From the NCBI GenBank assembly GCA_028873515.1, contig JAGWIG010000010.1:5642-69641 (forward strand): a DNA stretch of 64,000 nucleotides, read 5' to 3'. This DNA comes from Pseudomonadota bacterium. Its GTDB lineage: Bacteria > Pseudomonadota > Gammaproteobacteria > Burkholderiales > REEB80. The position numbers were made by a program, and so were the translations under genes. The notes beneath the pieces are model-generated. The model searched no databases, was not told the origin of the DNA, and worked only from the letters and a program-made list of their open reading frames with translations. This document shows, piece by piece, positions 25,924-36,799 of the stretch (position 1 is its first letter; the number at the start of each line of letters is the position of its first letter).

Positions 25924-27465
25924 ATGATCAATAGGCAATTTATGGGCCATAACCAGAAAATTCCGATGACACAAGCTTTAACTACCATTGCTTTGAAGCA
26001 ATTATCCGGATTATTTTCTGAACTTCCCTTGATTATTCATTATCACGATAAATTTACTGATTCCTATCTTACAGTCGATAACCCCAAAAAAAATGACCTC
26101 TGGCAAATTTCGGTCTCTGGATTGGTGCAATCCGTAAATTTCGAAAAATTCGACAAACCCCTGCGATTTGTCATGAAACACTGGTTTAATCATCAACTGC
26201 AAAATTATGCCATCAGTACTGCTATAACCAGGTTTGACCGTATAAAAAAAATCCCGGCATCTGACTTGATACAGGTCGTATTATCTTCACCTAAAACGAT
26301 AGGTTCTATCTGGCAATCATTCCTGGCCAGGGAATTTCACGTCCTGACACTGGATAGCCTCAAAAATATCCTCAACTTTTTCTGCATATCCAATATCGGA
26401 AACTGGTCATCAGGTTCTTCGCATTATCTTTCCGAACTCCCCATTCCTGTCATGGACAGATATACATCCATACAGACTGGCAACATTTTCCTGAGCGGGG
26501 CCGAAGAGGCGATCCTTGTTGCCCATTTCAATGAAATGTCAAAGAATATGATTCACAATCCCGGTTCGATATCAGATCAAACCCTGAGGGAAACCACCCT
26601 TCTTGTATGCTCTTATCAGTTTGGACTCTGGCCTGTCCAGATTGGGATGTTACAGCTGCAGGATATTCGAATCTGGAATGAGGCTGGAGAGACCCACCCT
26701 TGCGTCCACCTGACCTTCAAAAGAGTAAGACAGCGACTCCCGGCCCGATCCATGCCCCTATGCCGCAAGGTTAAGCAGGAATGGGGTATCCTTTTTACCG
26801 AGCTTTACAAACGCGCAGAAAGAAAAGGGCTCAAGGAAAGCGATCGTGTTTTTCAGACCCGAAGCGCCAAGGAAACAGCACAAATCCTTACCAGGACAAC
26901 AGGAAGGTTACTGCCTGCAAGCAGGAGTGCCTCCGTATTGCGCCATACGGCCGCTAAACGATTAGTCAACGCAGGACTTAGCCATGAGGAACTTGCTGAA
27001 TTTATGGGGCATCATTCCGCCCATTCCAGTCAGGTCTATTTTCAAACCATGACCCATCATGCAGAACGGGTGAACAATGCACTTGGAATATTTGACAGCA
27101 GGCAACCTGATGCAAAAATTCTCCATGACCATTTTATCAGCTACAGGGAACTTGCCGCACTCGATGCTACACAGCAAATAGGTGGGGCTCCACATGGCCT
27201 GCTTATTTCCGGGATTGGTGGCTGTAAAACAGGCCAGCCTTCCTGCCCTTACAACCCGGTCATCGCATGTTATGGATGCCCCCGGTTCATGCCTCTCAAC
27301 GAGTCAAAAATTCATGAAAAAGTTCTTTCTGATTTTAGATCTGTCGTGACTTTTTTTTCCAGGACCTGTCAGGGAAGCCTCGATTCCCCAGCCTTCTTGC
27401 AGCTCAAAAGGACCTTTTCTGCCATTCTTGCAATAATTGCCGAAATTGAAATGGATAAAAAATGA
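25924..27465 (+). mobile_element. Large tyrosine-recombinase-like protein (513 aa) with C-terminal Cys cluster, first of a pair
   Basis: RBS AGGAG before the ATG. C-terminal catalytic-domain pattern ...VLRHTAAKRLVNAGLSHEELAEFMGHHSAHSSQVYF (R-H...GH...Y). Box I-like LLVCSYQFGLWPVQIGMLQLQDI. Cys cluster GGCKTGQPSCPYNPVIACYGCPRF. Confidence 0.65.
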
Positions 27466-29753
27466 ACCAGTTTTACAAATCTTTTATAGAGTCCGGTTTG
27501 AAGCTTGCTAAAGACCATGATATAAAATGGGAAATGTTTCTCAGGCCGGATGGCTCCGTAACCAGGAAAAACATCTGGAACCTGACCAAAATAACAAACA
27601 GCCCTTCACCCCCAAGCTATTGCATCCATGATTTAGGGTCAGATAACCGAACCCTGGAGATCCTCAATATCCAACGCCAGCAGAAACATCTGCCTATATA
27701 CGAAAAGAAACCCCTTTCATCAGCGTGGCTTGATTTCATAAAAGCAGCGGTTCTGAATCAGCTATTCTTGCGCAACTTCACCGCGAATCATGTATTGACC
27801 CAGATTTGTCGACCATTACGGGTACTGGCTACATGCACACCCCATGAGCCATGGGAACTACTCGCTGAAGATATTACGCTCGCTCTAGGCATTGCCAATA
27901 CGCTTCAGGCTTCAGGCCATCTGGCTCAATGCATAAACATCGTTACCCGCAGCATTATCGATACTTACCATATTGCTGATATTGGGCCTCTTTATCCCGC
28001 CCTGCCTTCAATTTCCGAGGAAAGGAAGAATGTCCACCACTCCAGGCAGACCTATTCGGGTGACAGGTTTCAGCCCAGCCTTGAAACAATCAAAAAAACA
28101 CAAAGCCTGCCCGAACACCAGGCTTTTTTGGAGCTGGTTAGAATTGTGTTTACTGAACAGCCCAGAACCTTTATGGATCATCTGCGTTTTGCCCAGGTCA
28201 AGATCATGCTGCTATGCGGTATGCAGACTGCAGATATCAGCCTCCTGCCTGAGGACTGGAAAAGACAACAGGATTTTTACACACCATCTGGACAACTGGC
28301 TGGTGAACATGGAGGTTATTCTCAAGCCATGTTCCTGCAACATTTTTTTGAAAGGCATCAGGCAGGGAATTCAGGTGGCACTGCTCTTTACGAAGCCCGA
28401 AAATATGTACCAGCAATATTTGAGCAGGATGTGGTTCAGACGCTCGACAGTATCGCCCGGCTCACTCAACCGTTACGCCAAACCCTGCGCAGGCAAATGG
28501 AAGAAAACCGTATCCTGCCCTGGTTTCACCAGGACGAACTGGTTCTGGCCATCAAGCTCTACCCCTATCTGACGGGTAACCCGATATTAGTCTCAGGTAG
28601 CCCTGACGAACACGAATTTCCTTCACGCTACCAACAGTCTCTTGACCCTGGCTTGTTCAACGAGCTTCACAAAACCCAACTTGCCATGGCTGGTACAGCC
28701 AGGCTGAACATGTCACTTTATGTCTATTTCAACCGCATGAAAGGTAAAGTTACCTTCCGAAAGTCCGATGGCACACCCTGGCATGGCTTACGCATGAAAT
28801 GGGACGAGGTATTTCTAAGAATTGATGAGGTTGAAAATTACCTCGCGCGGGAATCCGCAACCAAGCACTCCAGTCTAACCTCCCTCCCAACGTCAACAGG
28901 AAAGCTGGAGCCCTGGAAACTGATGTTTCTCATGCCCATCCGTGCCTTGATAGAAACTCGCAATGAAGGACTATGTGATATCACACGGTATTTTGCAGTA
29001 GGCAGGATGGATTCGAGAATGGTACAGCACTCCCTGTCAGGAAACCAGTCTGGAGTACAGGGCCTTTTTGAGGCTTATGGCCGGACCGATGAAGATCGAA
29101 GTCTGGCTTTAAATGCTCATTCTCTCAAACATCTGCAGATCACAGATTCCTTTTACCCAAAAATAATCAGGATGGTTCTTCTCCAAAAACTACACCCGCA
29201 CAATCTTAAACATATACATGAAAACCACCCCTATGCTTTTGCAGACAGACGGGAGCAGATTAACCTCCCCAGTGGGGCTGAAAAAATCATGGGAGAAAAA
29301 GTATTGGCAGTTGCGAAACTAATCAAGGCTGGTAAAGCAGATAATCCCATTGTGCAAACCTTCAAGAAAATCCAGAAAACTCAAGGTGAAGCAGTTGCTT
29401 TAGCCTTTCTCGGAACCGAGGCTAGCGGTTTCCATGCCACTCCTTATGGATACTGCATAACGAGCCTGACCTCTGAACCCTGCCCCAAATACCTGGAATG
29501 CTTTGCAAACTGTCGTCATCTGGCAGCCAGTAACCTTTCCGAAAATGGGCGTCATCTCACCACATTGAAAAACCGCTTTGAGAAAGCACTGGTCGACGCC
29601 CTGAACCGCCCAGCCGAATCCATAGGCAGGGAAAACCAGATAATGCACATCAAGGAAAGGTTAGGTGCAGTGCAAACCCTGCTAGCCTCGGTAAACATGA
29701 ACTCGACCATTTTGAAACAACCCCCGCCTGCATGCAGCGAATTCCAGTCCTGA
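27462..29753 (+). mobile_element. Second large tyrosine-recombinase-like protein (763 aa), Tn554-TnpB/BIM-like partner
   Basis: ATGA overlap with the upstream gene. Box I-like IMLLCGMQTADISLLPEDW. AHSLKHL...ENHPYAF resembles HxLRH...Y. Cys cluster YGYCITSLTSEPCPKYLECFANCRHL parallels that of the first protein. Family assignment is by eye. Confidence 0.5.
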
Positions 29754-30803
29754 TTAACGTAAGGTCGAAGGCCATAGGGCATGCAGCCTCTTTTTATCAG
29801 GCTGGTACACCACACCCCTTTCGGTAACCAGCGCTGTCACAAGCTCAGCAGGAGTCACATCAAAAGCGGGGTTGCGGATCGCCACTCCTTCCGGAACCCA
29901 GTGCATGCCGTTATAACCTTTCACTTCACTGTCTGGACGCTCCTCAATGGGAATGCCGTCTCCGGTAGGCAGGGTCATATCTATCGTCGACAGCGGACAG
30001 GCCACATAAAAAGGGATATTATGGCGCCGCGCGAGCACCGCCACCATGTACGTGCCGATTTTGTTAGCCACATCTCCATTCGACGCGACACGATCCGCCC
30101 CTACAATCACGGCATCAATCTCGCCATGACTCATCATGAAACCCGCCATGCTATCAGTAATGAGCGTAACAGGAATTCTTTCCTGCATCATCTCCCATGC
30201 GGTCAGGCGTGCACCTTGAAGAAAAGGACGGGTTTCATCAGCGATAACCGAAATCCTCTTCCCGGCCTCATGTGCCGAGCGAATTATCCCAAGCGCTGTG
30301 CCATGCCCTGCAGTAGCTAGCGCTCCTGCATTGCAATGGGTCAGCACCCGTGCCTCATCAGGCAGTAATGCCGCACCATACTCACCAATGATGCGATTGA
30401 TACGAATATCTTCAGCCAGAATTTCATGGGCTTCAGCAAGGAGGTGCTGAGCCACGAAGGCCTGCTCCTGCTTTACCACACTTGACCAGACCCGACGCAT
30501 GCGCTCAAGAGCCCAGAACAGATTAACAGCGGTCGGCCGGCTTTGTGCCAAAATGGTGAAACCGGATTCCAGATCCTTGCTGAAATTTTCTGTCGGCATA
30601 TCATGCAGACGCATTGCTTCCAGAGCCACTCCATAAGCTGCAGCTACACCAATTGCCGGAGCTCCACGCACCACCATGTCGTGAATGGCTTGAGCTACAG
30701 AGGCCGCGGAATCACAGGCCAGGTATTCAAATGATACAGGTAACACGCGCTGATCTATCATCTCCAGCCTATTATCCACCCAGCGCAGGGTTTCGATCTT
30801 CAA
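29754..30803 (-). CDS. mtnA: S-methyl-5-thioribose-1-phosphate isomerase
   Basis: 349 aa. MtnA/eIF-2B-like sequence (RGAPAIGVAAAYG, THCNAGALAT, GADRVASNGDVANKIGTY). Confidence 0.85.
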   Translation of the reverse strand: MKIETLRWVDNRLEMIDQRVLPVSFEYLACDSAASVAQAIHDMVVRGAPAIGVAAAYGVALEAMRLHDMPTENFSKDLESGFTILAQSRPTAVNLFWALERMRRVWSSVVKQEQAFVAQHLLAEAHEILAEDIRINRIIGEYGAALLPDEARVLTHCNAGALATAGHGTALGIIRSAHEAGKRISVIADETRPFLQGARLTAWEMMQERIPVTLITDSMAGFMMSHGEIDAVIVGADRVASNGDVANKIGTYMVAVLARRHNIPFYVACPLSTIDMTLPTGDGIPIEERPDSEVKGYNGMHWVPEGVAIRNPAFDVTPAELVTALVTERGVVYQPDKKRLHALWPSTLR

Positions 30804-30806
30804 GTT

Positions 30807-31334
30807 TTAATCCCCTTCAAATTCGCACAGCGCAAAAACCTTTTGACCCTTTTCTTCCAGACGCCTGCGCCCACCAATATCTGGCAAATCGATAATGAAG
30901 CAGCATTCAACAACCTGCCCACCCATTTTCTCAATCAGCTTGCATGCTGCTTCAGCCGTTCCACCGGTTGCAATCAAATCATCTATAAGCAGAATCTGCT
31001 CTTGGGCGCTGATTGCATCGGTATGCATTTCAATACGATCAGTGCTGTATTCCAGTTCATAATCGTATCCAATCGTTTCAGCAGGAAGCTTTCCTTTCTT
31101 TCGAATCAGCACAAAACCCTTTCCGAGTGCATAAGCCAACGCCGCACCAAAGATGAAACCACGTGACTCAATTCCTGCAATCTTGTCGATTTTCATGGGA
31201 CGATAACGGCTGACCAGTTCATCAACCGCAATATGCAGACCATCTGGATCCTTAAGCAGGGTTGTGATATCTCGAAACATGACACCCTGCCTTGGGTAAT
31301 GGGGCACAGTTCGGATACGGGACTTAATCGGCAT
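30807..31334 (-). CDS. apt: Adenine phosphoribosyltransferase
   Basis: 175 aa with the PRPP motif ILLIDDLIATGGTA and an Apt-like N-terminus (IRTVPHYPRQGVMFRDITTLL). Confidence 0.9.
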   Translation of the reverse strand: MPIKSRIRTVPHYPRQGVMFRDITTLLKDPDGLHIAVDELVSRYRPMKIDKIAGIESRGFIFGAALAYALGKGFVLIRKKGKLPAETIGYDYELEYSTDRIEMHTDAISAQEQILLIDDLIATGGTAEAACKLIEKMGGQVVECCFIIDLPDIGGRRRLEEKGQKVFALCEFEGD

Positions 31335-31367
31335 ATTGGCTCCTGTTGTCTACCCTCAATGTAATGG

Positions 31368-32255
31368 CTACCGGTTCAGCACACGTCCGGCAATGGCATC
31401 CAGTTTTTTCAGTTTTTCTGGATCGCGTGCGGCTGTAGCCGTGATAAGGGCGTGCTCCAGTGCCCTATGACAGGAACACATATGAGCACTGGCATCTTCA
31501 CCCAGCTTTGGAACAACCTGCCTGACAAGAATTCTCGCCTTGTCAGCATTGTTCATCAACACCTTGACTATCTGGTCCACACTCACGTCATCGTGATCAG
31601 GGTGCCAGCAATCATAGTCAGTCACCATGGCTACGGTTGCATAGCATATTTCAGCTTCACGTGCGAGCTTGGCCTCAGGCATGTTGGTCATGCCAATCAC
31701 GTCGCACCCCCATGCGCGATACAGTTCAGATTCTGCCAGGCAGGAAAACTGCGGGCCTTCCATTACCAGGTAGACCCCTCCTCTTAACACGTCAATACCT
31801 GTCTGCCTGGCAGTAACTTCCAGGATATCACCAAGACGGGAGCAGACTGGATGCGCCATCGAAACGTGCGCAACCATACCCTGGCCAAAAAAGGATTTGT
31901 CACGGGCAAAGGTACGGTCAATAAACTGATCCACAATGACAAACATACCCGGTTTCAGATGTTCATGCAGCGAGCCTACAGCACTGATTGAAATAATGTC
32001 CGTTACACCCGAGCGTTTCAGGGCATCGATATTGGCACGGTAATTGATTTCAGAAGGTGCAAGTTTATGTCCACGACCATGCCTTGGCAAAAACACCAGC
32101 TGATGTCCATTCAGATCTCCGAACAAGAGTTCGTCCGACGGTTCACCAAATGAGGACAATACTTTCTCCCATCGCTGGTTGATGAGCCCATCAATATCGT
32201 ACACACCGCTTCCGCCGATAATGCCAATGACTGGCTTCTGTTCCCCTATGCCCAT
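31368..32255 (-). CDS. mtnP: S-methyl-5'-thioadenosine phosphorylase
   Basis: IGIIGGSGVY, PRHGRGH and GMTNMPEAKLAREAE motifs. Start is uncertain: the ORF opens at 32291 (TTG, overlapping the upstream stop), with ATGs at 32276 and 32255. Confidence 0.85.
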   Translation of the reverse strand: MGIGEQKPVIGIIGGSGVYDIDGLINQRWEKVLSSFGEPSDELLFGDLNGHQLVFLPRHGRGHKLAPSEINYRANIDALKRSGVTDIISISAVGSLHEHLKPGMFVIVDQFIDRTFARDKSFFGQGMVAHVSMAHPVCSRLGDILEVTARQTGIDVLRGGVYLVMEGPQFSCLAESELYRAWGCDVIGMTNMPEAKLAREAEICYATVAMVTDYDCWHPDHDDVSVDQIVKVLMNNADKARILVRQVVPKLGEDASAHMCSCHRALEHALITATAARDPEKLKKLDAIAGRVLNR

Positions 32256-32287
32256 ATGTTTTCCCTGGTTTTTCATGCAGATTTCAG

Positions 32288-34267
32288 TCAAATAACACGG
32301 TCATTGCCTCCATCTACCGGTATTTGTGCTCCAGTCGTCCTGGAAAACAGGGGGCCACACAATTCGGCAGCCAATTCGGCTACATCCCGACTGGTCACTT
32401 CGACATTCAGCACATTGTTTTTCCTGTATTCTTCTACCGTAAGGCCATAGTGCCTGGCACGTGCCTCCAGCACCTCGCAGGTCCACAATGCCGTATCGAA
32501 TACCCCATTTGGATGCAATGAATTGATGCGGATATTGTCTTTCCCCCACTCCAGGGCTGCAACCCTGGCCAGTTGGTTAAGCGCTGCCTTGGAGGTGGAA
32601 TAGGCCGCCACTCCGGGCCCTGGAGCAGAAACATTCTTCGATCCCATGACCACCACACGCCCGCCACGCGGAGCCATTTCAAGAAAAGGATGACACTCGC
32701 GCATCAGCATGAGGTTGGCATCCAGGTTAATACGCATGACTTTATGCCACTCTTCGGTATTAAGCCTATCTATGGGACTGCTTTTTGGAAAAATTCCGGC
32801 ATTCAGCACCAGCATATCCAATCCACCAAACTTTTCAATGGCCTGTTCCAAAGCACGCTTAAACTCTTTTTCCGACGTAAGGTTACACTGCAACCCCAAA
32901 AAACCTGATTCTTTTTTCATCGAAGTCACCGAGGCGTCCAAATCAAGGGCTACCACAGCAGCATTACGTGCAAGCAGGGATTCAACACACGCCTTGCCAA
33001 TACCAGAAGCCGCCCCGGTAACCAGGGCTATTTCGCCAGTAAATTGCGGCAACTTGCCGTCCTTACGCAATTTTGCCTGTTCAAGATCCCAGTACTCGAC
33101 ATTGAAAATGTCCTGTGCCTGCAAAGCATGATATCCTCCAAGCGCCGTAGCCCGCATGATAATGTCCATGGTGTGGCGGTACAGGTCAGCGACAATATTG
33201 GCTTCCCTTACACTCCTGCCTATCGTGCATAATCCCAGTTCGGTATCCAGCACTACACGGGGCGCCGGATCCAGCATGATTTTTTGTTCCCTGGGCTGAA
33301 GTCCGGCATAATCATCAAAATATCTTCTGTAGTTTTCCACATAGGACGCAACATTACGGCCTAACATTGGCAAACGTTTAGTACGGATAACATGATCCGG
33401 AGTGGCAGGGCCCTGTTGGGAAATTACATCAACATCCTGACGTCGGGAAAAAGACATGCTTCTGGCATCGCCATGCCTGGAAACAATGACCGGACAACCT
33501 GCGGCCCTCGAAACATCCAGACGCATCCGGGCTTGAGCAAGCATGACGTCTCCGCCTTTGGCTACCACTCCTGTTTCCAGTCCAAATTTCCAGGCATGGT
33601 GACGTTTAAGATAATCCTCAGCCCGCCTGACCAGTTTTATCATCCTTTCATAAGATTCTCTTGCAGACCTGCCAAACGAGAAGATCCCATGATTCATCAA
33701 CACCATTCCCAGAGTATTTCTTTCAGCCTGGGCTGCAAAACGTTCTGCACAAAGTTTAGCCAGGTCGAAACCTGGCATGACATAGGGAATGATGACCACT
33801 GTACTGCCGTATATCTCGCGTATCCGGGACTCACCATCCTTTGTATTGGTAATGGAGATAACCGCGTCAGCATGAGTGTGATCCACATATTGATAGGGTA
33901 GAATTGCATGCAGAATGGCTTCTACAGAAGGAATCGGGGATAAGGCCCGGATCTGATGAGTAACGAGCTGATTCACCATCTCAAGATCAGAAAGGGCTGA
34001 AAGACTGACCAGCTTTTGTAGAGGCTTCAAACGAACAGGCGTAAAACCCGCCCGCTCGATAGTTTCAAGATCCCATCCGCTACCCTTGACATAAAGAATC
34101 TGCTCTTCTTCCCCGAAGATATTTTTCTCCACAAGCTTCACCGAGGTATTTCCACCCCCATGCAACACCAGGGATTTATCCTGGCCCAATAAACGTGAGG
34201 TATAAACGCGCAATGCCAGCTCATCCTGACAGGATGCGGCATCGGTGTCATTCCAAAGGCTACGCAA
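32288..34267 (-). CDS. Bifunctional class II aldolase/adducin-domain + short-chain dehydrogenase (SDR) fusion
   Basis: 659 aa. The N-terminal half is aldolase-like (LVLHGGGNTSVK, HTHADAV). The C-terminal half is SDR (ALVTGAASGIGKA, NAG, YSTSKAA). Confidence 0.8.
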   Translation of the reverse strand: MRSLWNDTDAASCQDELALRVYTSRLLGQDKSLVLHGGGNTSVKLVEKNIFGEEEQILYVKGSGWDLETIERAGFTPVRLKPLQKLVSLSALSDLEMVNQLVTHQIRALSPIPSVEAILHAILPYQYVDHTHADAVISITNTKDGESRIREIYGSTVVIIPYVMPGFDLAKLCAERFAAQAERNTLGMVLMNHGIFSFGRSARESYERMIKLVRRAEDYLKRHHAWKFGLETGVVAKGGDVMLAQARMRLDVSRAAGCPVIVSRHGDARSMSFSRRQDVDVISQQGPATPDHVIRTKRLPMLGRNVASYVENYRRYFDDYAGLQPREQKIMLDPAPRVVLDTELGLCTIGRSVREANIVADLYRHTMDIIMRATALGGYHALQAQDIFNVEYWDLEQAKLRKDGKLPQFTGEIALVTGAASGIGKACVESLLARNAAVVALDLDASVTSMKKESGFLGLQCNLTSEKEFKRALEQAIEKFGGLDMLVLNAGIFPKSSPIDRLNTEEWHKVMRINLDANLMLMRECHPFLEMAPRGGRVVVMGSKNVSAPGPGVAAYSTSKAALNQLARVAALEWGKDNIRINSLHPNGVFDTALWTCEVLEARARHYGLTVEEYRKNNVLNVEVTSRDVAELAAELCGPLFSRTTGAQIPVDGGNDRVI

Positions 34268-34567
34268 TTCTTTTCCCCCAAACTGGCTTATTTTCTGGAT
34301 TCTTCATTTTCTATCGTAAATCAGGCCAGGCAATCCCTGGCTATACCTTAAACAGCTGGAAAATACTTCGCAAAAACATAAATAGCTCCTGAACCGGAAA
34401 ATAAAACATGGACCGCCAGTTCAACAATCCTGTTTTCCTAAAAAAATCCCATAGCCTTATCCCATGGAAGTTGACACAGACAGTCCTTGTTCCCTGATAC
34501 AGGCCCTACATAGCTTAACATGAACAAACGGATCTTATTTTGCATGAGGATTTTCTGTAATCCAAAT

Positions 34568-35602
34568 TCAACAATTCAATAATTCAATAGATCTGGCATG
34601 ATCATTGCCGCTACATCCGACAATGCAGTTTTTTCCCTGAATTTTAGCCTGGTACATACGTTGATCAGCCAGGCTGACCAAAGCCGACCCATGGGTAATA
34701 TTATCCGTAAGCCATTCAGCAACCCCAAAGCTATATGTCTGAATGGTAGCATCCGGTTTTTGTACGGCAGGGCAGCGTTCGCGAATGAACTCCTCAGCCC
34801 CCTTACCATTTGTATGTGGCAAAAGGAAAACGAATTCCTCACCACCCCATCGCAGGATGATATCACTGCTACGCAAGGTTTCCTGCCAGGCATCCGCCAC
34901 CTGAACCAGCAACTGGTCTCCAGCATCATGCCCATGGTTATCGTTAATCTGCTTGAAATTGTCCAGATCCACGAAAACCAGTGCCAGAGGGTAATGATGG
35001 CGGCGTGCCAAAGCCAGTTGAAGTGCAATCATTTCGATTCCGCTTCGACGGTTGAACACCCCGGTTAACGGATCAATGACGGACTGGGTAAACAGGTTAT
35101 GCATTAATTGTAACTGGCTTATGGACGACAGTATCCCTACAGTCGCGACCAGGATTAACAGCCAGAATACGGCTATGGCCTTGAAATCCGGAATCATGTA
35201 TGTATGGGACGTAATCATTGGAAGTGAGGAGATAAGCAGCAATGGCAGGACAAATGCAATACTTTCCCGTATCGTCAATGGGAAAATACTGATGCCTGCT
35301 ACCATCACAAAAGGGAGAAAAGCATAACTGCTGGCTGCAATCATTCCTGTTTTACTCATCAAGGTGTTAGAAAGTATCAGATGTGAGAACAGGAAAAACA
35401 AAGAGGGGATGGAGAAAAGGATAACGAGGGCCCAGTAAGCATGCTTAAGGGAAATTGCGCGGCGACAATAAAACACCAATCCAGTGAAAGCGAAACTGGC
35501 AACGATACGCCCGAAGGCAAGGTTGACCCATGCCACATGCGTAAACACCAGCATATCCACGGGAATCCAGAGGGGTGTCAGTACTGCAAAAAGACTGGCC
35601 AT
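34568..35602 (-). CDS. Membrane-anchored diguanylate cyclase (GGDEF)
   Basis: N-terminal region of about 170 aa with multiple TM helices, then a GGDEF domain (DPLTGVFNRR, RWGGEEFVFLL). Confidence 0.8.
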   Translation of the reverse strand: MASLFAVLTPLWIPVDMLVFTHVAWVNLAFGRIVASFAFTGLVFYCRRAISLKHAYWALVILFSIPSLFFLFSHLILSNTLMSKTGMIAASSYAFLPFVMVAGISIFPLTIRESIAFVLPLLLISSLPMITSHTYMIPDFKAIAVFWLLILVATVGILSSISQLQLMHNLFTQSVIDPLTGVFNRRSGIEMIALQLALARRHHYPLALVFVDLDNFKQINDNHGHDAGDQLLVQVADAWQETLRSSDIILRWGGEEFVFLLPHTNGKGAEEFIRERCPAVQKPDATIQTYSFGVAEWLTDNITHGSALVSLADQRMYQAKIQGKNCIVGCSGNDHARSIELLNC

Positions 35603-36196
35603 CAGCCGGATACGTAACAGAATGAAAGCAGAACGCTGGCTCTCGAAAACAGCAGAATGCTGGTCTGCGCTGACCAGATCAGCGAATTCATTGCGTTTAA
35701 CAGAAAAAAAAACTGCCTGACAGGGAGATCATTTTTTCAACCCAGCTGATCCTGCCGGAGATTGGATGGTCCGGGTGAAATTCAACCATGATGGCGCCCC
35801 TCCCCTGATATGATGGCTACCCTACTTTGCTCGCCGATTGATATAAATCCCTTTTGTAACTTTTAGTTATCCCCGGAACATTGCCATATGTCAAAGCAGG
35901 ACCCGGAAAAGCACAGGTTTAGCTGCGCTCAATCAGCAGACAGCTAAAGTGGTTTCAGGCATCAAGGCCAGGTTAATTTTATTCTCTATTATGAGCAGGC
36001 CATCCCCGACTTATCGCATGTTCCATTAATTTATTTACCCTTGTAGCCAGATGATCAATGACAGTCCCCCGTCTTACAGACCCATCCACATCCAGTTATG
36101 GCGAAAAACTTCCCATACCACCGGTAACACGCCCTACCACACTTTAAACAGGCTTGTCTGAATAATGAAAACCCTCCAGAAACTTCTTGAGGCAAG

Positions 36197-36799
36197 CTAT
36201 GAAAGGCTGTGCAGATATGCTGCCAGTTCCCTCATCTCATGGGTGTTGAGGCCCTGAGCCACCTTTTGCATAACAGGGTTGCTTCGATCACCCGATTTGA
36301 ATGCCATCAACTGTCGAATAATATACTCGCTTTGCTGCCCTGCAAGCCTCGGGAAAGAACCTACTCCCTGGGCATGAACTCCATGGCAGGCAGCACAGGC
36401 TGGAACATTAGCTGCAGCAACGCCGTCATGAAAAATCTGCTCGCCTCCCGAAACTTCTTCCATAGGCATGGGTGTGCCTGGAGCTGGCGGCAGGCTTGCA
36501 TAATACTTGGCCAGACTGTTAATGGTTGAATTATCCAATTGTGCAGCCATGCCCCACATGTAAGCCTGCGCGTCTGGGTCAGTCCGGCTCTGATTATGAA
36601 AAGCCTTGAGCTGTGCTTCAAGATAAGACGCATTTTGTCCCGCAAGACGGGGGAAAATTGGAGAAACACTGACTCCCTGAGGGCCATGACAGGATGAACA
36701 AACTGTATTGGCAAGGGTTGTAGCACTTTCTTGAGCAATCGCAGGTTCTGCCAGGACCAAAAAGCCAAGAGCTGTATATAACATAGCTTGTTTTAACAA
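36197..36799 (-). CDS. Dihaem cytochrome c4
   Basis: Signal peptide and two CxxCH motifs (CSSCHG, CAACHG), each followed by a ...M... axial-ligand region. 200 aa. Confidence 0.8.
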   Translation of the reverse strand: MLKQAMLYTALGFLVLAEPAIAQESATTLANTVCSSCHGPQGVSVSPIFPRLAGQNASYLEAQLKAFHNQSRTDPDAQAYMWGMAAQLDNSTINSLAKYYASLPPAPGTPMPMEEVSGGEQIFHDGVAAANVPACAACHGVHAQGVGSFPRLAGQQSEYIIRQLMAFKSGDRSNPVMQKVAQGLNTHEMRELAAYLHSLS

